Source: an uncultured Chloroflexia bacterium
GTDB taxonomy: Bacteria > Chloroflexota > Anaerolineae > Anaerolineales > Villigracilaceae
NCBI GenBank assembly: GCA_963772245.1
Contig: CAVYWB010000001.1
Location: 664,977 to 728,976, forward strand
Length of the DNA: 64,000 bases
Direction of reading: 5' to 3'
Part shown: positions 57,537 to 64,000 of the stretch, piece after piece
How the letters are laid out: each line of letters starts with the position of its first letter
Numbering within the stretch: the stretch's first letter is position 1
Program-made: the position numbers and the translations under genes
Notes under the pieces: model-generated
The model's database searches: none
Told to the model about the DNA's origin: nothing
The model's input: the letters and a program-made list of their open reading frames with translations, nothing else

Positions 57537-59026
57537 CGCGAACCCTCCGTGATACCGAACCAGCGTGGATGTTCGGTGAATCTAATACTGTCGAGCACCA
57601 CGTGCAGGTAAGTACGGGTGACTATGATGGATGTGAACAGGCTGACGATGACACCCAGCGCGAGCGTTATGGAGAAGCCTTTAACCATGCTGGCACCAAA
57701 GGTATTGCCAAATATGAAGAGGATAAAGCAGGTAATCAGGGTGGAAATATTGGCATCCCGGATGGATGGCCAGGCCCGGCTCCAGCCCAAGTCAATGGCC
57801 TGACGCAGGGTGCGACCGGCTCGCAACTCCTCTTTTAGTCGTTCGAAGATCAGGATGTTGGCATCCACTGCCATGCCGATACCCAGGATGAAACCAGCGA
57901 TGCCAGGCAGGGAGAGTACCACCGGTATGATTTTGAATAACATCAAGCTAATGCATGCATATGAGATCAGCGCCAGGTCGGCTATGAAACCGGGCAGACG
58001 GTAGTAAAGAAGCATGAACAAAATAACCGCCAGCAGACCAATGATGCCAGCGAACAAACTACGGTGGATCGAGTCTGCACCCAGAGTTGCACCAACGGTT
58101 TCACTTTCCACCACTTTGACCGGGATGGGTAGAGAACCATATCGCAATTGAATGGCCAGGGCGTTGGCGCTATCAGAGGTGAAGTTACCTTCGATATATC
58201 CTTGGCCCTTATCGATCTTGGCATTAATAGTGGGTGCTGAGATGATCTTCTTATCAAGAACAATTGCCAGAATCTGTCCAATGTGGCTGCCAGTGTAATC
58301 GCCAAATGAGGTGGTGGCATCCGGTTTCAATGTGAAATTAATCACATAGCCGGTTGAGCCGACGGTTGAACCGGCGGCAACTTCCACGGTGGCGAGCGAA
58401 GTACCAGCCATGACCGTGTGGTAAATGGTGGGTGCGGCGGGGGCAGGAGTAACGGAAGGAGTCGCCCCAGCAGCGGCGGTGGCGGTGGGTGTGGCAGTGA
58501 CAGTGGCCGCGCTTGTGGGGGTGGGGGAAGCTACACTGGTGGGAGTGAGGGTCACGATGCCGTTAGGCCCGGCTGCCGCGGAACGATAATCGGTTTGGAT
58601 GACGGTGCCTTCGGGCAGCGGCGTGTTGCCCAGATCGACGAATTCAAGTACACCGGTCTCCTGCAAGGCTGCGACAACTTGATCCGAGTTGGTCAGACCT
58701 GGGAACTGTGCAACAATGCGGTTGGGTGGGGCACTTTGCATTACCACTTCACTTACACCCAAAGCGTTGGCGCGGTTCATCAAGATCTGCTGGGTGGTCG
58801 AAAGGTCATTCGAGCTGACCGTAGCGGTGGTAGGAAGATCGGCTTCCAGCAGCACCTGCAGACCGCCACGCAGATCCAAGCCCAATTGGATCGGCACGTT
58901 CTTGTTTACCAGTGCCTGGCCATTAAATGGGTTGGATATCATGATTTGCTGGCTCAGGTCCACCCAGGCGGCAAAAGCCACCAACAGGAGGATGATCACC
59001 AGCGTTAAATAAGGACGTCGGGTCAT
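57533..59026 (-). CDS. secD: protein translocase subunit SecD
   Basis: LGLDLRGG, a periplasmic P1 domain, then a C-terminal six-TM bundle with AGFILGIGMAVDANILIFERLKEE. Carries a Thr/Pro/Ala-rich insertion in P1. Confidence 0.93.
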   Translation of the reverse strand: MTRRPYLTLVIILLLVAFAAWVDLSQQIMISNPFNGQALVNKNVPIQLGLDLRGGLQVLLEADLPTTATVSSNDLSTTQQILMNRANALGVSEVVMQSAPPNRIVAQFPGLTNSDQVVAALQETGVLEFVDLGNTPLPEGTVIQTDYRSAAAGPNGIVTLTPTSVASPTPTSAATVTATPTATAAAGATPSVTPAPAAPTIYHTVMAGTSLATVEVAAGSTVGSTGYVINFTLKPDATTSFGDYTGSHIGQILAIVLDKKIISAPTINAKIDKGQGYIEGNFTSDSANALAIQLRYGSLPIPVKVVESETVGATLGADSIHRSLFAGIIGLLAVILFMLLYYRLPGFIADLALISYACISLMLFKIIPVVLSLPGIAGFILGIGMAVDANILIFERLKEELRAGRTLRQAIDLGWSRAWPSIRDANISTLITCFILFIFGNTFGASMVKGFSITLALGVIVSLFTSIIVTRTYLHVVLDSIRFTEHPRWFGITEGSR

Positions 59027-59051
59027 GTTTGATTTCTCCGCTCATAAAAAT

Positions 59052-59069
59052 GCCAGCCTTCGGCTGGCG
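59052..59069 (-). promoter_or_regulatory. GC-rich TTCG/CGAA-tetraloop hairpin in the secDF 5' leader
   Basis: gccagcc-ttcg-ggctggc. On the minus strand it is followed by AUUUUUAUG and then the secD SD. A TATAAT (reverse complement of 59079-59084) lies just upstream. Confidence 0.3.
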
Positions 59070-59294
59070 GCGGGAGACATTATACTCTGATTGAAGGGGA
59101 AACGGAAGTAAGCGACAATCTTATCGAGTGGAGATTGATGGACCGATCGGTAAGAAATCAATAATAGACGATCTTATTATTAATTAGCTGAGAATTTCTG
59201 GAAAAAGAGCATGGGGGCTTTTATTATATAATGAGTTCTTACAATTGTTGCATCAAAATTCGATCCCCTTAAATCAACATAGCAGGATGACCCG

Positions 59295-61874
59295 ATGAGC
59301 AAATTCAATGTGCCACGGATGACATTTAGCCGGGGTGAGGCGCTTTGCGTGGGCTGCACATGCATAATCAGCTTGATGTCGGGCGCAGGCTGGTTGTTCA
59401 ACAAGCCGGTCCTGGCTTCCTTCAACCCTGCTTTCATACCCATGGCCCCGGCGACGGCGTTAATAATCCTGGGAATTTGCGGCGCCTGGCTGATTCAGAG
59501 GATTTTCCCGACCAGGCGTGGGATGAGAATGCTGGTGCAGGTTGTCTTGGTGGGAATGTTGATCATCGTTTTCATCCTGGCCTTCAGGTATTTTACCGGA
59601 CTCGGGCCCGACCTTGAAAAAATCCTATACCCGCCTCCACCCATGTTCGGCCAATTTTCCTTTGCCCGCATGTCACCTTTGTCTGCCTTGGGTTTTTTCC
59701 TAGTGATCCTGGCTTTTCTTTTATTAACTGGAACCAGCCCTGGCCATGGGACGAGAAGATTTTCCGCGACCCTGTCACTGATCTTATTTGTACTAAGCAG
59801 CCTAATTTTGATTGGTTATTTATTGAAAGCGCCGCCGTTTTATGGAGGCTCGGTCATCCCGGTTGCAATTACTTCCGGATTTTCTTTCTGGTTCCTCAGC
59901 CTGGCATTAATGCTGATGACTGGACCGGAAATTTGGCCGGTCAGAATGTTTATAGGGCCTTCATTGAGGGCGCGTTTGATGCGCGTCTTCATTCCGGTTT
60001 CGATTCTATTTGCCCTGTTCCAGGGTCTGCTCAGCACAGCGGCTGATCCCTGGATCAGCAACCCGACGATAAAAGTGGCTGTTGCGGCATTCGTAGCCGG
60101 TTTGATTTTTCTTTTTATCGTATACCTGCTAGCAATTAACTTAAGTTCAGAATTTGACCGGGGTAGAAAGGCGGAGCAGGCGCTGCTCCAGTCCGAGGCA
60201 GAGTTACGCGCCCTGTTCGCCGGCATGACAGATGTGGTCATCGTCATGGATGCAGATGGTCGTTACATCGAGATAGCTCCCACCAACCCGTCGAACCTTT
60301 ACCGTCCGCCGGACGAAATGCTGGGCAAGTCAACGCATGAAATCCTGCCGAAAGAACCGGCTGACATCATCCTTTCCATGATACACAGATCCATCCAAAC
60401 CGGTCAAGTGATCAATGGTGAATATTCCTTGCAGATCGACGGCAAGGAAATAACTTTCTCGGCCAGCGCCTCGCGACTCTCGGGAACCACTGCCATACTG
60501 GTGGCGCATGACATCACCACCCGAAAGCGAGTGGAAAAGGCGCTGCAAGAGAACGAAGAAAAGTTCCACGACCTGTTCAATAATGCTGAAATAGGCATGT
60601 TCCGAACGCGACTGGATGGTTCAGAGATTCTGGACATGAATGAAAAGTTCCTTGAGATTTTCGGTCGGACGCGAGCGGAAATGCAAGGTTCCGCTTCAGT
60701 GCTGCATTGGGCGGATCCTCGTGAACGGGAGGAGATGGTGCGCCAGCTCGCTACCGATGATCAGGTGAAAGATTTTGAATGTGGAATGCTAAACAAGCAA
60801 GGGCAGGTGAGAACATGCCTTGTATCGTTACGGCTCTACCGAGATCAGGATATTCTAGATGGATCAATTCTGGACATCACAGAGCGCAAGCAATTTGAAT
60901 TGGTCCAGAATGCAATTTACCGGATCAGCCAGGCTACCATTACCAGCGAGGGGATGGATGCCCTCTATCACTCCATCCATTCCATCCTGGGAGAACTGAT
61001 CCCGGCAGAGAATTTCTTCATTGGATTGTACGATCCGGTCACCGATTTGATCAATTTCCCCTACTATATTGATCAATATGATGAAGCACCCTCCCCGATA
61101 ACTCATACCCAGGGTCTAAGCGGATATGTCCTCCGTAAAGGGCGACCCATGTTGGTTACTCGTGAGATCTATGACCGGCTGGTCGAACAAGGAGAAGTGG
61201 AACCGGTGGGGACGGCTTTCGTGGATTGGATAGCTGCGCCATTGAAATTGGAAGGGCGCATAATCGGGGTCATGGCGGCGCAAAGTTATTCAAAGGGGAT
61301 CCATTTCGACCAGGAGGACGTGAACCTTTTAGAGTTTGTTTCGACCCAGGTAGCCCAGGCAATCGAGCGCAAGCGCATGGAGGAGGAGATTCACAGCCTG
61401 TCATTGACAGATGAGTTAACCGGTTTATATAACCGGCGGGGTTTTACCCTGCTGGCTGACCGGGAGCTTAAATCGGCGCACCGGAAAAAGCGAAGCATGT
61501 TATTGATATTCGTTGATGTGGACGAATTGAAGGCGATTAATGACACGCATGGGCATGCCCAAGGCGACCTGGCATTGCGAGATGTGTCAACGATTCTGAA
61601 AAACAATTTGCGCGAAGCAGATATCATTGCCCGCTATGGAGGGGATGAGTTTGTAGCCATGGCGGTGGATGCCGCTCTTGAAAGTGAGGATATCCTGTCC
61701 AAACGCATCCAGCGGGCGCTTGATGCGCATAACCAGGAGGCAGACCGGCCGTATACGCTATCTCTCAGTACCGGAATGGTATGCTATGATCCTGATAGTG
61801 GCTGCACGATGAGTGAAATGATCGCCCAGGCAGATGCACTCATGTACGCCCAGAAACAAACCAGGAAGGGATAG
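59295..61874 (+). CDS. membrane sensor diguanylate cyclase (multi-TM N-terminal domain, 2x PAS, GAF, GGDEF)
   Basis: About 8 N-terminal TM helices, PAS segments (..VAHDITTRKRVE.., ..ILDITERKQFE..), a GAF domain, then DELTGLYNRRGF..VDVDELKAINDTHGH..RYGGDEFVAMA. Confidence 0.9.
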   Translation: MSKFNVPRMTFSRGEALCVGCTCIISLMSGAGWLFNKPVLASFNPAFIPMAPATALIILGICGAWLIQRIFPTRRGMRMLVQVVLVGMLIIVFILAFRYFTGLGPDLEKILYPPPPMFGQFSFARMSPLSALGFFLVILAFLLLTGTSPGHGTRRFSATLSLILFVLSSLILIGYLLKAPPFYGGSVIPVAITSGFSFWFLSLALMLMTGPEIWPVRMFIGPSLRARLMRVFIPVSILFALFQGLLSTAADPWISNPTIKVAVAAFVAGLIFLFIVYLLAINLSSEFDRGRKAEQALLQSEAELRALFAGMTDVVIVMDADGRYIEIAPTNPSNLYRPPDEMLGKSTHEILPKEPADIILSMIHRSIQTGQVINGEYSLQIDGKEITFSASASRLSGTTAILVAHDITTRKRVEKALQENEEKFHDLFNNAEIGMFRTRLDGSEILDMNEKFLEIFGRTRAEMQGSASVLHWADPREREEMVRQLATDDQVKDFECGMLNKQGQVRTCLVSLRLYRDQDILDGSILDITERKQFELVQNAIYRISQATITSEGMDALYHSIHSILGELIPAENFFIGLYDPVTDLINFPYYIDQYDEAPSPITHTQGLSGYVLRKGRPMLVTREIYDRLVEQGEVEPVGTAFVDWIAAPLKLEGRIIGVMAAQSYSKGIHFDQEDVNLLEFVSTQVAQAIERKRMEEEIHSLSLTDELTGLYNRRGFTLLADRELKSAHRKKRSMLLIFVDVDELKAINDTHGHAQGDLALRDVSTILKNNLREADIIARYGGDEFVAMAVDAALESEDILSKRIQRALDAHNQEADRPYTLSLSTGMVCYDPDSGCTMSEMIAQADALMYAQKQTRKG

Positions 61875-62107
61875 TCGAAGCTCGCCATGGAAGTGCTTTA
61901 TTTTAATTATTCACCAATGCCGCTAATGAGGCAGATTTAATGTTGATCTGCTCCAGCCTAAACAGAGGATCGGCAACCTGATCTAGTTGTACTGCAGTGA
62001 ATACCAAAGGGGGATGGTTTTCTGAGTGTGGTTGGAATAAAGAAGTTAGAAGGGGGCTGAGAACAGAAAACAGTATGTGTGGATATGCTTAAGATGGGAG
62101 GATTTTA

Positions 62108-62515
62108 TTATTGCTGGTCTGTTCCTGCATGCTCAATCTGCCTGACAAACTCCACCACCCGCTCCAAGACTTGTTCAGCTGAAAGTGTATCTGTATCCAA
62201 GTACAGGCGGGCATGTTCCCTGGCATGCCGCAGGCGAAACTGTTGCTCCTGCCATTCGGCTATTGTCCAATCTAATTTGCCGCGCTGGCACGTGATGGGG
62301 TAGGAAGCATCCAGGAAAACCAGCACATCCGGTTTTGTCAGCCGCTGCCACATATCCTTGACGTAGGAATGCTCCTGGGCGATATGGCGGGAGCGATAAC
62401 CCAGGCGAGTCAGACCGCTGATCAGGGTGGATTTTCCGGCCGCGCAGGGACCGACCACCCCAATCAAGGTCTGGGGCTTACCGGGAGGTTCATCCTTTTG
62501 TTTATTGGTTGCCAT
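62108..62515 (-). CDS. small P-loop NTPase / kinase-like protein
   Basis: Walker A GVVGPCAAGKSTL and a Walker-B-like VLVFLDAS. 135 aa. Confidence 0.6.
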   Translation of the reverse strand: MATNKQKDEPPGKPQTLIGVVGPCAAGKSTLISGLTRLGYRSRHIAQEHSYVKDMWQRLTKPDVLVFLDASYPITCQRGKLDWTIAEWQEQQFRLRHAREHARLYLDTDTLSAEQVLERVVEFVRQIEHAGTDQQ

Positions 62516-62643
62516 CGATTAGAATTTTATGCTCAAGGTAGATCAGAAACCGCCAATCTACTCCAACCGGTACGAATGAAAAAGATAAATATGGATTGGT
62601 GTGGTTCAGTGCATATATAGCGCGTACGTTTGATGAACACAAA

Positions 62644-63360
62644 TCACGATTTCACCATGTCGATGGGCAAGCGAACGGTCATCCGGCGCACTTCATCCCC
62701 CACTCGTTTGCGCACCTTCAAGACCACCACGCTGATGTCGTCCGCCGGGCGTTCGTCATCCAGGGCGACTGCCTCCCCCAGAAGGGCGTCTGCAATGGCC
62801 TGCGGGGAGGGGTCCTGGTCTTCCAGCATGGCTTTTAACGAAGTGCAGACGTCCATGGGCCGGCCCACCCGTGAACCGGCATGCACCAGGCCGTCGGTAT
62901 AAATCACAATCACCAACCCGGCTTCGACCGGAATCTCGCTGATAATCGGCCGGGTATTGCGGCTGAACCCGATAGGTGAACTTTCTTCACTGATACAATC
63001 CACCTGCTCGCCATGCGCGATAAAAAAGGCGGCCGGGTTGTTGCGGGTCAGGACCACCGTTCCGGTGTGCAGGTCAACCGAGATGATATTGAGTGTGGCT
63101 GAAACTTTGCCTTTTTTATCGGTGTAGAGCAAATCAGAGGCAGCCCTTGCGGCTGCGCCATCCCGCACGCCTTCAGCCAAAAGGGATATGACCTTGCGCG
63201 TCACCAGCATGGAGACGGCTTTGGCACCCCGCCCGGAGGTCTGTCCGTCTGCCAGGACAACCGACAAGCCACCATTAGGCCGTTCGACTACTTCCAGCGT
63301 ATCACCGCTCTCAGTCACGGCGTATTTGTTTATTTTTGCCGCCGCAATCTGTACTTCCAT
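62644..63360 (-). CDS. PP2C/SpoIIE-family serine phosphatase
   Basis: I trimmed the start to MEVQIAAAK at 63360. GDTLEVVERPNGGLSVVLADGQTSGRGAKA and VIVIYTDGLVHAG ... ERPADDISVVVLKV match SpoIIE/PP2C metal-binding motifs. Confidence 0.8.
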   Translation of the reverse strand: MEVQIAAAKINKYAVTESGDTLEVVERPNGGLSVVLADGQTSGRGAKAVSMLVTRKVISLLAEGVRDGAAARAASDLLYTDKKGKVSATLNIISVDLHTGTVVLTRNNPAAFFIAHGEQVDCISEESSPIGFSRNTRPIISEIPVEAGLVIVIYTDGLVHAGSRVGRPMDVCTSLKAMLEDQDPSPQAIADALLGEAVALDDERPADDISVVVLKVRKRVGDEVRRMTVRLPIDMVKS

Positions 63361-63678
63361 AATTGCATTGTACTCCAAAAGTGAGCATGCAATGACCATG
63401 GCGGACCATTGATCGACCGGGTATTCAGGTAAAATTATAATGAAGGGCGGGCAATGCACCATTTGGCAAGGTACGTGGCAGTTCGCGATCTGCCTGTTCG
63501 ATATCTTCCACTGCATCCCTGTCATATCAAAAATGAAAGTATATTTACAAAACCAATCCGATTGGATTACAATTACTTCTCAACTGGGTGAAACAGCTGG
63601 AAGGCAAGATTTTACAGAGTAGCTTTATAGAACGAATTTCAATTCATAATATGGATACAGAGTAGCGGGAACCTACCT

Positions 63679-64000
63679 ATGGAAAAAGCCAGAATATTGA
63701 TCGTCGAGGATGAACCGCTTAGCGCTTTGGATATCCGGAAAAGCCTCGAAAGCGATAGTTATATTGTGGTGGGTCAATCAGATTGCGGAGAGGTTGCAAT
63801 TCAAATGGTGGGGGATTTACATCCTGACCTGATCCTGATGAATATCGGCATTAAGGGGAAGATGGACGGCGTCGAGATCGCCAATCAGATCCGGGCACGT
63901 TTTGATTTACCCGTCATCTTTCTGAGCGAATCAGGCGACCAGTCTTTGATAGATCGCGCCCTCAAAGTGGAACCTTATGGATATTTTCTAAAGCCATTTG
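63679..64000 (+). CDS. response regulator receiver domain (3' end outside the window)
   Basis: MEKARILIVEDEP.., DLILMNIGIKGKMDGVEI, PVIFLSE, FLKPF. Open to the window edge, so absent from the ORF track. Confidence 0.85.
   Translation, partial: MEKARILIVEDEPLSALDIRKSLESDSYIVVGQSDCGEVAIQMVGDLHPDLILMNIGIKGKMDGVEIANQIRARFDLPVIFLSESGDQSLIDRALKVEPYGYFLKPF

Noticed and set aside
58418-58560. Thr/Pro/Ala-rich insertion in the SecD periplasmic domain (TPTSVASPTPTSAATVTATPTATAAAGATPSVTPAPAAPT).
   Set aside because: It is a low-complexity linker of the kind seen in several other proteins of this window (lipoprotein, PT-rich protein, TatA linkers). It is probably a lineage habit rather than a functional novelty.

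Overview
Chromosomal-looking 64-kb segment from a moderately GC-rich bacterium. The protein idiom (Pro/Thr-rich linkers, an NBR1-type Ig lipoprotein, a LuxR-NB-ARC-TPR regulator, class-I xylose isomerase, an F420-type LLM oxidoreductase) suggests a Chloroflexota/Anaerolineae-like genome, but the taxon cannot be proven from this window. I found no rRNA, tRNA or CRISPR array.

Most of the window is ordinary:
- an ABC exporter
- an SPFH protein
- a TetR regulator plus hydrolase
- a GH42 beta-galactosidase
- a Fur-family(PerR-like)-katG-bfr oxidative-stress cluster with palindromic Fur/PerR-type boxes
- a cobalamin riboswitch in front of an orphan BtuF-like binding protein
- several SAM methyltransferases
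- murA
- a complete ROK-xylFGH-xylA-xylB xylose locus
- two tatA paralogs
- secDF
- large PAS/GAF signalling proteins

The unusual part is a patchwork accessory stretch at about 33.6-45.9 kb. It holds an apparently intact IS701-family element (20-nt terminal inverted repeats, 4-bp CTAC target duplication) inserted into the 3' end of a glycine-rich tail-fibre-like gene. Upstream on the same strand are a BNR-type beta-propeller gene broken by in-frame TAGs and frameshifts, a 50-codon ORF, a RecA/Rad51-fold protein with a destroyed Walker A, and a small LuxR-HTH protein. About 7 kb further on, a portal-like 5' gene fragment is fused to the 3' end of a family-B DNA polymerase.

My best candidate for something undescribed is the minus-strand LuxR / pseudo-RecA / micro-ORF / propeller / fibre cassette, which is phage-derived and either decaying or translationally unusual.

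Other points worth a second look:
- a second heavily lesioned secreted repeat gene
- a small Trp/Gly/Arg-rich membrane-peptide ORF with an in-frame UGA followed by a hairpin
- TatA and SPFH proteins fused to C-terminal zinc ribbons
- MurA with Asp at the fosfomycin-target Cys position
- a roughly 60-nt diverged duplication bracketing a ferredoxin cassette

All calls rest on reading the translations and the sequence by eye; no database search was run.
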